Positions 1 to 10,302 of a stretch of 64,000 bases of DNA are shown one piece after another. Under the pieces are notes generated by a model. It was not told the DNA's origin and did not search any database. It saw only the letters and a list, made by a program, of their open reading frames with translations. The stretch covers positions 1,384,989 through 1,448,988 of the forward strand of contig MTMF02000009.1 of assembly GCA_002011125.2 (NCBI GenBank), given 5' to 3'. How positions within the stretch are numbered: position 1 is the stretch's first letter; each line of letters begins with the position of its first letter. This stretch comes from Candidatus Hydrothermarchaeum profundi (lineage in GTDB: Archaea > Hydrothermarchaeota > Hydrothermarchaeia > Hydrothermarchaeales > Hydrothermarchaeaceae). Made by a program: the position numbers and the translations under genes.

Positions 1-616
1 TTACTTTGCTTATCGTTAGATAAAACTTCCCATCTGTGAGGTGTAGTCTATGAAAAAGAAGGAGCTCATTATCTTCTTTTACTAAAAACGCATTTTTGTC
101 ACTTATTACATATTCCTTTAATTTCTCAGGCATTCTAAAAACTAAAATCTTTTTCCACTTGCCGGATTTATAAGCAGCCGTTACTGGAAGCGTCCTTTCG
201 TGTTTAATAATAGGATTGAAATAATTTACTGTTCTACCACAGTAGGTCATTAGGAGTTCCCCCTCTAGTTCATAAACGCGTGGATCTTCCACTCCCCAAT
301 AGTCGTACTTACAGTCAGGGTACACCTTTATTTCTGCCTCGTAGAATTTATTCGAGTTAGAATAAATATCGCTTAAAGGGAGAGTAATTTGAGCTACTGC
401 ACTTGAATAAGTGTAATATCCTAGAATAATCCGAGCGTATAATCTAACTTGATCACCATTAATAGCTAAAGAGGGATTAAAGATAGTAGCAGGTTTCGCT
501 ACTGGATGACCTACTAATCTTATTCTATCTGCTGTAATTACTTTAAGTCTCCTAACAATATCTATTGTTTTAAACTCTCTTTTCTCCTTTGGTTCTTTAT
601 GTATTACCTCAAACAT
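1..616 (-). CDS. GH130-like (DUF377) glycosidase/mannoside phosphorylase, 3' end outside the window
   Basis: Manual translation from ATG 616: MFEVIHKEPK...IFNPS...LYAR...DYWGVEDPRVY...LMTYCGR, motifs typical of GH130; missing from the ORF track because it is truncated. Confidence 0.75.
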   Translation of the reverse strand, partial: MFEVIHKEPKEKREFKTIDIVRRLKVITADRIRLVGHPVAKPATIFNPSLAINGDQVRLYARIILGYYTYSSAVAQITLPLSDIYSNSNKFYEAEIKVYPDCKYDYWGVEDPRVYELEGELLMTYCGRTVNYFNPIIKHERTLPVTAAYKSGKWKKILVFRMPEKLKEYVISDKNAFLVKEDNELLLFHRLHLTDGKFYLTISKV

Positions 617-766
617 GACGTGGTAGTTTAAATGAAACCTTTTTTTAATTTTTTGCTTAATCAAATACTAGATTTATGGTTTTGGTGGTTCCTAAAATTT
701 TTTTAAATAGTTATTGTTTTTTTCTTCTAACAGGGATTTTTGTTTTAATAGTTGGGGGTGGTAGCA

Positions 767-1912
767 GTGAAAATAGGCATGATGACCAGATGGAACTCAG
801 CTTGTGGAGTTTCTGTGCACGCAGAACTAATTGGGAGAGAATGGGTGTCGAGAGGACATGAGTTGAAAATTTTCGCCCCCATAGAGTATAGCGAGACCGT
901 TAATATTGAACTTCAGGATGAGGATTATGTCACGAGATGTTATAGATTAGATGGATACTATAGAAAGAAGAAAGCGTATATGTATCGTGCACAGGAGCCG
1001 CCTTATTTTGATCCAGAGCCTTTTCTACAAGATGATTACGATGTATTTGTAATACAAAATCTAGAGATAATGCCAATGAAAGAACTCTTAAAAATTTATC
1101 CAGAAATAAGAAAAGGGACATCGACTGTATTTGTAGTTCATGAAGGAAGACTGCCAGATGACCCTCTGTTCTATAAGTTTGATTTTGATGCGGTAGTATG
1201 CTTTGATGAGCGATATAAGAACTTCCTTAAAAAGATTTACCCTGAGGAAAAAATCCATATTATACCCTATCCCTGTTATCCTCCTATTGAGGGTGACAAA
1301 GCTATTGCGAGAGAAAAGCTCAAGTTACCTGAGGACTTGGCTGTCATATTTAACTATGGTATAGGTATTTTTAGACATCTTCATTTACTACCCTCCATTA
1401 AGAGAGTGGCTAAGAAGTACCCATTACGATTCTTGGTTTTAACGGATCACCCTGATTGGTATGAACTCTTTGATACTGTAAAGCAAAAATATGACTTTGT
1501 AGATCTACGAAGAGGCGCACCGGAGATTCAGGAGCTATATGAGTATTTATCTGCCTCAGATGCGCTCCTTTTCCACAAGGACCATAGCCCAAATGTAGTA
1601 GTTTCAAGTAGCGCTTATTTATGTATGGGTTCTCTTTGTCCGATTATTGCATACGATTCAAACTATTTTGAAACACTGGATAAAGAGGTGATAAAATATC
1701 GGTCGCTTATTGAGTTAGAAGAAAAACTTGAGTCTATTATCAAAGGCGATGAAATAGTTGAAGAGACAAAACAGGCAGCAAAGCGATATGTAGAGTTGAA
1801 TTCAAGTGAAAAGATAGCAGAGAAGTTCTTGCAGCTATTTGAGAATTTAATATTGAGTAAACAAGTGATACTTAGTACTCCAACACTGCAAGAAAAACAT
1901 GGGGTGGCGTAA
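767..1912 (+). CDS. GT-B fold glycosyltransferase (GT4-like)
   Basis: MKIGMMTRWN..CGVSVHAE N-terminus, HEG motif, YLSASDALL; GTG start after GGGGTGG SD. Confidence 0.7.
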   Translation: MKIGMMTRWNSACGVSVHAELIGREWVSRGHELKIFAPIEYSETVNIELQDEDYVTRCYRLDGYYRKKKAYMYRAQEPPYFDPEPFLQDDYDVFVIQNLEIMPMKELLKIYPEIRKGTSTVFVVHEGRLPDDPLFYKFDFDAVVCFDERYKNFLKKIYPEEKIHIIPYPCYPPIEGDKAIAREKLKLPEDLAVIFNYGIGIFRHLHLLPSIKRVAKKYPLRFLVLTDHPDWYELFDTVKQKYDFVDLRRGAPEIQELYEYLSASDALLFHKDHSPNVVVSSSAYLCMGSLCPIIAYDSNYFETLDKEVIKYRSLIELEEKLESIIKGDEIVEETKQAAKRYVELNSSEKIAEKFLQLFENLILSKQVILSTPTLQEKHGVA

Positions 1913-1932
1913 AGCCCAAGTATCTAGTGTTA

Positions 1933-2943
1933 TTACCTTTCGTAGAAGTCTTTAACTCGCACAGTATCCTGTGGATGGGGGGTAGAGTACTCAAATATCC
2001 TAAGGTTCTTTTTTGCAATGATGCTGTGAACTTTTCCAGGCTCTATATGGATTATGCTACCTGCCGTAGCACTGAGTTTTTTATCCTCATTGGGAAACTC
2101 TATGTATCCCTCTCCTTCCAATACATGCATGCTTTCATCCTTATACCGGTGATAATGTAGACTGGTACGGAAACCTTTCTTTAAATATAGCTCCTTAACT
2201 AGATATTTCTCGTTATTAACGATGATTTTTTCATAGCCCCAAGGCTTATCCATTCTATTCTCATATTCTCTCCTTACAGCCTCTAAGTCCTTCATACCAT
2301 CTACACTACGCCAGAAAACTCCATCCTCAAAGTAGCTTCCGACTTTACGTTCCTCAACTAACTCTGGAAATACGGTCTTCTCTATCTCTTTATGATCATA
2401 TTCCTTTGAGAAGTATGGGAATGCTTCTGTTTTTATATAATATATCCCAGCGTTAATGAAAAGGTCCAGCGGAGGCTTTTCCCTGAAAGAGGTGATAATT
2501 CTATCGTTAAATTCTATTATTCCGTAGGGGCTCTGCATTCGTGTAATAGCGATAGTCATTATTCTATCATTCTTTCTAGCTACATCTACCAAGTTCTTGA
2601 TGTTTATATCAGTAACAACATCCCCGTTCCTCACTACAACATCATTATCAATATCCTGTAAGGCGTTATTAAGAGCCCAAAGAGTACCCATAGGCTTTTC
2701 TTCTGTAAGGTATTTTATTTTAACTCCAAAACGCTCTTTTCCTACCCTCTCTCTTATCTTCTCTTCAAGATAGCTTACGAGCAAGAATACCTCTCCTATC
2801 CCAGCGTACTTGAAATCAAGGATCTGTTTGTCTAGAATAGTATAGCCTTCTTTAATTTCTAGCAACGGTTTAGGGGTTTCGTTAGTCAAAGGCAAAAGGC
2901 GCTTACCATACCCCCCTGCGAAGATGATTCCAGTAACCTCCAT
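1933..2943 (-). CDS. NDP-sugar pyrophosphorylase with C-terminal cupin (mannose-1-P guanylyltransferase/PMI-like)
   Basis: AGGYGKRLLPLT..PKPLL nucleotidyltransferase motif; C-terminal KPWG..TSLHYH..KDE cupin. Confidence 0.85.
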   Translation of the reverse strand: MEVTGIIFAGGYGKRLLPLTNETPKPLLEIKEGYTILDKQILDFKYAGIGEVFLLVSYLEEKIRERVGKERFGVKIKYLTEEKPMGTLWALNNALQDIDNDVVVRNGDVVTDINIKNLVDVARKNDRIMTIAITRMQSPYGIIEFNDRIITSFREKPPLDLFINAGIYYIKTEAFPYFSKEYDHKEIEKTVFPELVEERKVGSYFEDGVFWRSVDGMKDLEAVRREYENRMDKPWGYEKIIVNNEKYLVKELYLKKGFRTSLHYHRYKDESMHVLEGEGYIEFPNEDKKLSATAGSIIHIEPGKVHSIIAKKNLRIFEYSTPHPQDTVRVKDFYER

Positions 2944-3081
2944 CTTCCCACCCCGTCTACCTAAGGCTTAATGAACAAGTGCTAGGTGATGTAAAGCTCC
3001 CCCCTCTGCTAGGGGATGCATTTTATTTCTCAATCTTCTTAAATAAAAAAATCTTTAATGACATGCTAAAAAATTTCTAAC

Positions 3082-5043
3082 TTAATTTACTACTAATAAG
3101 TGATACTTCCCCAACCTCCCAGTCAGCCTGCTATTTTCAAGTTTAACTTTGGAATCATATACCTTTTCACCATTTTCATCAAATTCTATAACCTTATCTC
3201 CCCCAAGCAAGTTAATGTCTATCTCTACCTCATATGGTGCAAAGAAGGCGGATCGTGTTTCTCCATTTGTAAAGTAGCCATATGAAGGTTTATTATAAAC
3301 AGCAGGTGATCCCCTGGTTTCGGCCATAATATTCGCTAGAAAGGTGGAAGCATCCAAATGTAAATACCCGCCATTCACAAAATAGACATTCCCATGCCTT
3401 AATATTAAAGCAGTTTTATCATCAAATTTTTTATCTCCATCTTTTGCGGTAAAACCTGATAAAAGAACATCTACGCTTTCGTCAAGCTCCTCTGGATTGA
3501 TGTAGTTAAGGTAGTGACCTACATTAAACGTTCCAGCATCATCTTTGTTCCAGAACTCAAAGCTATAGCCTCTATATTTAATTTTGTATTCTCCCAAGGG
3601 GAAAACTGCGAGCACAGATCTTGGGATAGGATCAAAAGAAGCAGCGCTGGAAATTGGAGTATATTTTCTTGAAATACCTAAGGCTAAGGTAACAATATTC
3701 CAATGTGGCATATCCGGGATTCCTCCAGCAACCTGATAAAAAACTGGCACATTGCTTTTTGAGAGAGCAGCTAACTGTAAGGGTAAATCCTGCATTTCAT
3801 CGAATATTTCGCCTGCCGAGAACACATAATATAATGAGGCATTTATTACGGGTTGTGCTGTAACTACAATATCATAACCAGATGCCAAAAGCGAATTTGT
3901 TACTGCACTCATAGAGGATAAAAAAGCTTGATTATAAAAATCTATAATATCCTCTCCTTTTTTAGGCTCGTCTATAATTAGATTAGCAACCGGTTTTAGT
4001 GGATCTGATTTTTTCCTACCAAACTCTTCGAGGAGGGGCAGTAAACGTTCTTTAAAGTTATAGTTTTCTACATATTCGACCTCTTCTCCATAAATAGGTC
4101 CTTCACCGCCTTCAGCCACTACAAAATAATATGTTCTTGGACCATATTGTACACTCCGGAAGAGGGCTATATTCTGATGAGTTCTCGGTCCTAGACCCCA
4201 GCCGCCTGCTGTTAGGGTTTGTGCCTCTATACCACATCCTTTTGCCGTAGCATACATTACGTTTAGGTTTCCAAGTTCGCCGTAATATGTTCCAAGTTTC
4301 CAGAGTTTTTGGAGATATGCTCGGTCCTTAGGGTCTTTTTCTGCATTTCTCGGGTAATAGGCGTAGTCTTCAGAAATAAAGACATCTGCTCTACATTTAA
4401 GATCCTCAAAAAAGTGCATATATCCTACACCATAAGTTTTAGAAGCCCTCGCAATAGAGTCAATATATTCTTCTTCAAAAGCTTCTTCGCTAATATAAAT
4501 GTCCACGTCTTCTTTTTTTGCAAGATTTGCGATATCTCTTATTAGATTTTCCACAAGTTTTGGTATAAGTTTCTCTTTCTTTATTTCCTCAGAATAAGGC
4601 ATCATGTCCCCTATTATATGTGCTATGCCCTCAATCATAAGCACGACGGTCATGTTATGCATTTTAGCCTCGCTTAGAATATCTGAGAGAAGATTTGGAT
4701 ACTCCGGGTCAAGTTTAAAGCCAGCTTCTCTGAGTGCGGGAGAGTCAAATATCATGTAACCCTCGAGGTCAAAGGGCGAAAAAGAAATTATATTTATTCC
4801 TTTTGCCGTTTGTTCATCAAACCATCCTTCTGCATCTCCGATGATGTATGGGTCGAGGTCTTCTAAGCCGAAGTTATATTCTGCGCCAAGTGAAATTAAG
4901 GGTCTTTCCGCGGGATAATTTGCATTAGTTTCATCTATTTCCTCGGCAGGGGGTTGGCTAATTGGACTTTCTCCAACACATCCGAGCATTAAAATTAAAA
5001 AAATACATGATAATACCAATAAGGAATGTCTCTTATATTTCAT
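3082..5043 (-). CDS. Large hypothetical lipoprotein, possibly glycoside-hydrolase-like
   Basis: 653 aa ORF; basic N-terminus, hydrophobic helix and LMLG-C lipobox; function not recognised. Confidence 0.6.
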   Translation of the reverse strand: MKYKRHSLLVLSCIFLILMLGCVGESPISQPPAEEIDETNANYPAERPLISLGAEYNFGLEDLDPYIIGDAEGWFDEQTAKGINIISFSPFDLEGYMIFDSPALREAGFKLDPEYPNLLSDILSEAKMHNMTVVLMIEGIAHIIGDMMPYSEEIKKEKLIPKLVENLIRDIANLAKKEDVDIYISEEAFEEEYIDSIARASKTYGVGYMHFFEDLKCRADVFISEDYAYYPRNAEKDPKDRAYLQKLWKLGTYYGELGNLNVMYATAKGCGIEAQTLTAGGWGLGPRTHQNIALFRSVQYGPRTYYFVVAEGGEGPIYGEEVEYVENYNFKERLLPLLEEFGRKKSDPLKPVANLIIDEPKKGEDIIDFYNQAFLSSMSAVTNSLLASGYDIVVTAQPVINASLYYVFSAGEIFDEMQDLPLQLAALSKSNVPVFYQVAGGIPDMPHWNIVTLALGISRKYTPISSAASFDPIPRSVLAVFPLGEYKIKYRGYSFEFWNKDDAGTFNVGHYLNYINPEELDESVDVLLSGFTAKDGDKKFDDKTALILRHGNVYFVNGGYLHLDASTFLANIMAETRGSPAVYNKPSYGYFTNGETRSAFFAPYEVEIDINLLGGDKVIEFDENGEKVYDSKVKLENSRLTGRLGKYHLLVVN

Positions 5044-5164
5044 CTCTTTCGTAATAATTGCTCATACTTTTTTTAACTTATTCCCTAAGCTACTAATAGA
5101 ACTTTGCATTCACAGTTCTAAAAATGATTAGAAAACGACATTAAAAATAAGAAAATGAAAGTAG

Positions 5165-5238
5165 TGGACCCGCCGGGATTTGAACCCGGGGCCTCTCGCA
5201 TGCCAAGCGAGCGATCTTCCAGGCTGAGCTACGGGCCC
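5165..5238 (-). tRNA. tRNA-Ala(GGC)
   Basis: Reverse complement GGGCCCGTAGCTCAGCCTGGAAGATCGCTCGCTTGGCATGCGAGAGGCCCCGGGTTCAAATCCCGGCGGGTCCA; cloverleaf, anticodon GGC. Confidence 0.95.
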
Positions 5239-5250
5239 ATTTTTGAATTT

Positions 5251-6723
5251 TCACCGATTATTATTACTCAGTTCTCGGTCTACAAAGGATGGCAGTAGGA
5301 CCTGTTCGAATTTTTGGATTTCTACAGGATACTTTGCGGTTAAGCATCCCATGCATAAATCATTTTCTCGTAGTCCTATAGCTTCAGTTAACCCTTCTAT
5401 ACTTAAATATTTTAAGGAATCCGCACCAATTATCTTTCTAATAGCCTCAACATCTCTCCCAGAAGCGATTAGTTCCCTATCAGTGGGCATATCTATTCCT
5501 AGTTTACATAAAGATTTTATCGGCGGGCATCCCACTCTCATATGTACCTCCTTTGCACCAGCTTCCCTCAATAAGCTGATTATCCTTTTGGAAGTGGTTC
5601 CCCGTACTATGCTGTCATCAAAAATAATAATATTCTTCCCTTCGATTTCTGAGGCCATGGGATTCAGTTTTAGCCTAACCGCCAACTCTCTCGCTTGCTG
5701 ATGTGGCAGTATGAATGTCCTACCTACATATCTGTTCCTTATCAAACTTTCTCGATAAGGTATGCCTGAGGCATTTGAATAGCCGAGGGCAAAAGGAATT
5801 GCAGAGTCAGGTATTGGCGAAACGAAATCAGCATCTATATCGTCTTCCTCTGCGAGTATTCTACCGATCTTCTCCCTTACATCATATATGGGAATGCCAT
5901 TCAAAATAGAGTCTGGACGAGAGAAGTATACGTACTCAAACATGCAGTAAGCCTTTCTACTACGCTTAAACGCACGGATGCTTTTAATTTCCTCTCCATC
6001 TATTAAAGCTATCTCACCCGGTTTTATATCTCTCAAAATTCTTGCACCCAATACATCAAAGGAAACACTTTCTGAGGATATCATTATTAGGTCATCGTTT
6101 TTTCCGAGAGATAGAGGTCTTATTCCCAGAGGATCTCTAACTGCTATTAAATTATCGTCTGTTAGGATAACGAGGGAGTAGGATCCTACAAGCTTTTTCA
6201 TTACTTCTGTTATCGAATATACGATATCCTCAGACTTTACATATTCTCTAATTATCAGATGGGCGATTACTTCAGTATCTGAGGTTGATATAAATGCTTG
6301 CCCAGCTTTTTCGAGTTTTCTACGTAACTCCATAGAATTCACTATATTTCCGTTGTGGCATATCGCTAATGTTCCCATAGAGTGCCTAACGACAAAAGGC
6401 TGTGCATTCTCGATTCTAGACTCCCCCGTGGTAGAATACCTCACGTGCCCTATACCCACATAACCTTTAAGGCTTTCAAGAGTTTTAAGATCAAAAAATT
6501 CTGTGACAAGGCCCATGCCTTTTTCAGTGTGAAAAGACCCATCATAAGTTGTTATACCACATGATTCCTGACCCCGATGTTGTAAAGACAGCAGAGAATA
6601 AAAGAGATAAGGGGAAACATCCTGCTCAGAACGCGAATATACCCCCGCAACACCGCACTTATCTCTAGGTTTGATAAGGCGGTATGAAGACCTATCCTCA
6701 ATGATTTCTTTTGTTCCAGGCAT
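5251..6723 (-). CDS. purF: Amidophosphoribosyltransferase
   Basis: KCGV catalytic Cys, [26 protein letters not shown]; start uncertain (nearest ATG is 6723, inside rpl37e). Confidence 0.95.
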   Translation of the reverse strand: MPGTKEIIEDRSSYRLIKPRDKCGVAGVYSRSEQDVSPYLFYSLLSLQHRGQESCGITTYDGSFHTEKGMGLVTEFFDLKTLESLKGYVGIGHVRYSTTGESRIENAQPFVVRHSMGTLAICHNGNIVNSMELRRKLEKAGQAFISTSDTEVIAHLIIREYVKSEDIVYSITEVMKKLVGSYSLVILTDDNLIAVRDPLGIRPLSLGKNDDLIMISSESVSFDVLGARILRDIKPGEIALIDGEEIKSIRAFKRSRKAYCMFEYVYFSRPDSILNGIPIYDVREKIGRILAEEDDIDADFVSPIPDSAIPFALGYSNASGIPYRESLIRNRYVGRTFILPHQQARELAVRLKLNPMASEIEGKNIIIFDDSIVRGTTSKRIISLLREAGAKEVHMRVGCPPIKSLCKLGIDMPTDRELIASGRDVEAIRKIIGADSLKYLSIEGLTEAIGLRENDLCMGCLTAKYPVEIQKFEQVLLPSFVDRELSNNNR

Positions 6724-6865
6724 ATTTACGCAACTTTTTGGTTCTTCCAAATCCGCAGGATGCACAATACCCATGTTTGGCGTGAAAAGAATTTTTCCCG
6801 CATCTTCTGCACCTTATATGTAGGCGCTTATTCCTTTTTCCTTTTGAAGGTGTTCCTTTTGACAT
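6698..6865 (-). CDS. rpl37e: 50S ribosomal protein L37e
   Basis: [27 protein letters not shown] zinc finger. Confidence 0.95.
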   Translation of the reverse strand: MSKGTPSKGKRNKRLHIRCRRCGKNSFHAKHGYCASCGFGRTKKLRKYAWNKRNH

Positions 6866-6982
6866 TATATCACCGCCAGATTTTGACGAAGGCAAGAATT
6901 TTCATTGTGGGTATTTAAGGTTTGTGGAACCGATTAGCATATTATGAAAAAATATAAATTAAATTTGTGTAAAAATAATAAT

Positions 6983-7515
<533 letters not shown>

Positions 7516-7568
7516 TTAGAGTAGGAATTCTTCTAAGTCGGAAATGTATTTAAATCTGTCGGTAGGAT

Positions 7569-8066
7569 GTGAGTCGTAGGATGAAGATAAAAAAACGGTA
7601 TTTTGCTCGAAAAGATATGATTAATAAAATCCAATCAAATTTAGAGGGAATTTCTACTGAATTCTCAAAATTAATCCAAAGAGGCATCGAGGTAGTTGAA
7701 ACAGATGTAGGGGTTACTCTAATTTTATACGCAGGAGAGCCCGTAATTTTTAAAATTGAAGGGCGATTTTTTCCAACTGTTAAAGGAGCTTTAAAAATTA
7801 ATATAGAGCATATGTATGTGACAGTTGATAAAGGCGCGGTACCCTATATAATAAATGGAGCAGATATAATGCGCCCCGGCGTAGTTGACTTTGATAAAAA
7901 TATAAGGAAAGGGGACCTTGTTGTGATCAATGAAGAAAATTATAGAAAGCCTCTGGCAATAGGTAAATCTCTCTGGGACGCTGAAGAATTTAGCTTAAAA
8001 GATAAGGGGAAATGTGTAGAGAATCTTCATTACATAGGTGATTCTATTTGGAATCTAGAATTGTGA
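7569..8066 (+). CDS. PUA-domain RNA-binding protein (MCT-1/Tma20-like)
   Basis: VTVDKGAVPYIINGADIMRPGV..LHYIGDSIW; start may be ATG 7581. Confidence 0.85.
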   Translation: MSRRMKIKKRYFARKDMINKIQSNLEGISTEFSKLIQRGIEVVETDVGVTLILYAGEPVIFKIEGRFFPTVKGALKINIEHMYVTVDKGAVPYIINGADIMRPGVVDFDKNIRKGDLVVINEENYRKPLAIGKSLWDAEEFSLKDKGKCVENLHYIGDSIWNLEL

Positions 8067-8163
8067 GCGCCTTTTATTTCCCCTCAGTCCTCTGTTGCTA
8101 TTTGTAGAAAAGTATAAAAATGCATAAACTAGAAATGTAGTAAGAAAATAAGGAGGATTGCTC

Positions 8164-8595
8164 ATGGGAATCAAAGATTGGTTTGGAAAATTATCAGGTA
8201 GCAGCACTCCGAAGGAGCCAGAAGAAGTGGGAGATGATTATGCAGAGCTGGAAATACCAGAAGGAGCGGCTCAATTTGAGATTCCTGCTAGATATGTTAA
8301 AGTTTTCAAACTCAAGGGTTTTGCAGATATAGATGTTGCTGCGAGAGAGTTAAGCGAGGGTAATATAGTGATAATGGACATAAAGCCGTTAGCAGAACGC
8401 AGTATGAATGAACTCAGACACGCGGTAGATGAAATGAAGGATATTTGTATTTCTATGGGCGGGGATATAGCCGGGCTTAGTGAGTATCATTTGATCCTTA
8501 CACCACCAAATGTTAAAATTGAACGAGCTTCAGAATCAAAATCTGAGGATTTCGAAGAGACGATGGAGAGAGTAAGAAGGAAAACAGCAACTTAA
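8164..8595 (+). CDS. sepF: Cell division protein SepF
   Basis: GNIVIMDI..GGDIAGL..LILTPPNVKI archaeal SepF core. Confidence 0.85.
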   Translation: MGIKDWFGKLSGSSTPKEPEEVGDDYAELEIPEGAAQFEIPARYVKVFKLKGFADIDVAARELSEGNIVIMDIKPLAERSMNELRHAVDEMKDICISMGGDIAGLSEYHLILTPPNVKIERASESKSEDFEETMERVRRKTAT

Positions 8596-8659
8596 ATCTA
8601 ATTTTTGAGAACTATCCTAGAAATTCTCTAACTAGTAGTCATTTTTGGAGAAGTAATAG

Positions 8660-9154
8660 ATGAAATTTCGTCCTTTAAACAATTTAGAAAGAGAAGTAAT
8701 TAGAAAGGCAGGCAAAGACTACGGACTAAATGTGGATACTGCTCTGAAAGGAAAGAAGCTTATTATTTCTTCCGGTAGAAAAGAAGTATTTGCCACTAAC
8801 AAGTTGACTGTTAAGATTATTGAAAAAATGAATAAAGAGCCATATTGTGCTGGACTTTTCATAGGGGAAATAAGGAAGAATAGATTTGAGCTTAGTTTGG
8901 AAGGAGCTTATCTATTCGCTCCTTTTGCAAATAAGAAGATAATTATAGATGATAAAGCCGAACAGTTAGTTTTATATGGTAGAGATGTTTTTTCTAACTC
9001 AATCGTTTCGTCTCCTAAGCTAAAGGAAGGTGAAAGGTGTATAATTCTCAATAAGTTTGGAGACGCATTGGCGATTGGCGAGGTAAAGGGAGGAACTCAA
9101 GTCTCTATTAGAAATATCAAAGACCGTGGATGGTATCTGCGAAGGGGAAGATAA
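8660..9154 (+). CDS. Nip7-like PUA protein (ribosome biogenesis)
   Basis: AGLFIGEI..FELSLEG..AEQLVLYGRDVF..DRGWYLRRG. Confidence 0.8.
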   Translation: MKFRPLNNLEREVIRKAGKDYGLNVDTALKGKKLIISSGRKEVFATNKLTVKIIEKMNKEPYCAGLFIGEIRKNRFELSLEGAYLFAPFANKKIIIDDKAEQLVLYGRDVFSNSIVSSPKLKEGERCIILNKFGDALAIGEVKGGTQVSIRNIKDRGWYLRRGR

Positions 9155-9155
9155 A

Positions 9156-9896
9156 ATGGTATTGGAAAAAGGTGACTTCGTTAGAATAAATTACACAGGT
9201 AAAATTAAAGAAAGTGGGAAAGTATTCGATACTACGCTAGAAGAGGTAGCAAAAGAGCATGGGATATATGAGGAAAAAATAAGCTTCAAGGCGGTTCCCA
9301 TAGTCATAGGAGCAGGCCATGTTATAAAGGGCTTAGACGAGGCCCTGGTTGGAGCGGAGGTTGGGGAAAGAAAGGTTGTAGTGATTCCACCAGAAAAAGG
9401 TTACGGCCTCAGGGATCCTAAGCTTATTAAGGTTATTCCATTAAAAGACTTTAAAAAGCAAGGCTTAAAGCCCTATCCGGGGATGAGGGTGGAAACTGAA
9501 GGGAAAGTCGGCAAAGTTCAAAGCGTTAGTGGAGGTAGGGTGAGAGTAGATTTTAATTATGAGTTGGCAGGAAAAGTATTAGAATACGAGGTTACGGTAG
9601 AGGAAAAGGTAAACAAAACAGAAGAGAAAGTGAGACTTTTATTGGAATACCATTTCCCTTACGCTGATCCTAATGAGCATGAAATAAATCTTGATGGTAA
9701 AAAAGCCACGATTACATTGGCTGAAAACGTAAAATACCGTAATGAAGCATTAATTGGAAAACATTCTCTTGTGAGAGATATATTTAGATATATAGATGGG
9801 ATTGAAGAAGTTGATTTCTTAGAGGTATTTAAAAAACAGAAAGAAGAGAAACCCGGAAAAGAGGACTCTGATACTAAAGAAGCCTCTTCAGACTGA
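9156..9896 (+). CDS. slyD: Long-type FKBP peptidyl-prolyl isomerase (SlyD-like)
   Basis: GDFVRINYTG..VFDTT..VIKGLDEAL..VDFNYELAGK. Confidence 0.9.
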   Translation: MVLEKGDFVRINYTGKIKESGKVFDTTLEEVAKEHGIYEEKISFKAVPIVIGAGHVIKGLDEALVGAEVGERKVVVIPPEKGYGLRDPKLIKVIPLKDFKKQGLKPYPGMRVETEGKVGKVQSVSGGRVRVDFNYELAGKVLEYEVTVEEKVNKTEEKVRLLLEYHFPYADPNEHEINLDGKKATITLAENVKYRNEALIGKHSLVRDIFRYIDGIEEVDFLEVFKKQKEEKPGKEDSDTKEASSD

Positions 9897-10302
9897 CTAA
9901 TGTGATTTTATTTCCCTTCTTACATTCCAGAGTATCTCTAACATCGGTTATTCTACATTTATCGCCGTCTTTTAGTCCTTCAGGGGCGCAATAAGTATAG
10001 TTCTCACAAAATATTTCTTCACAATCAGTGGGATGGAAATCAAGTTTAGCTCCAGTAAAGGCTTGTTTTTCATTTATAGCACAGAGGACATCACCCTCCA
10101 CTACCTGTGCCACTTTAACTTTTCCATATAGAGGGCATTTATGTTCTATCTCTTTTACTTCTTCAACTCTATATTTCCTACCTTTTTCAAGATTTTCAGT
10201 GCAAGCTTTCAATAGCCTACATTTACTGCATTCGTCAGCTACTCCAAGGTAGATAAATTCGTATCCTTTCTTTGCGGACTTAGAGTCAATCAAGGTAATC
10301 AT
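9874..10302 (-). CDS. UPF0179 family protein
   Basis: MITLI..AKKGYEFIYLG..CxxC..C..NLEKGRKY pattern. Confidence 0.85.
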   Translation of the reverse strand: MITLIDSKSAKKGYEFIYLGVADECSKCRLLKACTENLEKGRKYRVEEVKEIEHKCPLYGKVKVAQVVEGDVLCAINEKQAFTGAKLDFHPTDCEEIFCENYTYCAPEGLKDGDKCRITDVRDTLECKKGNKITLVSLKRLL

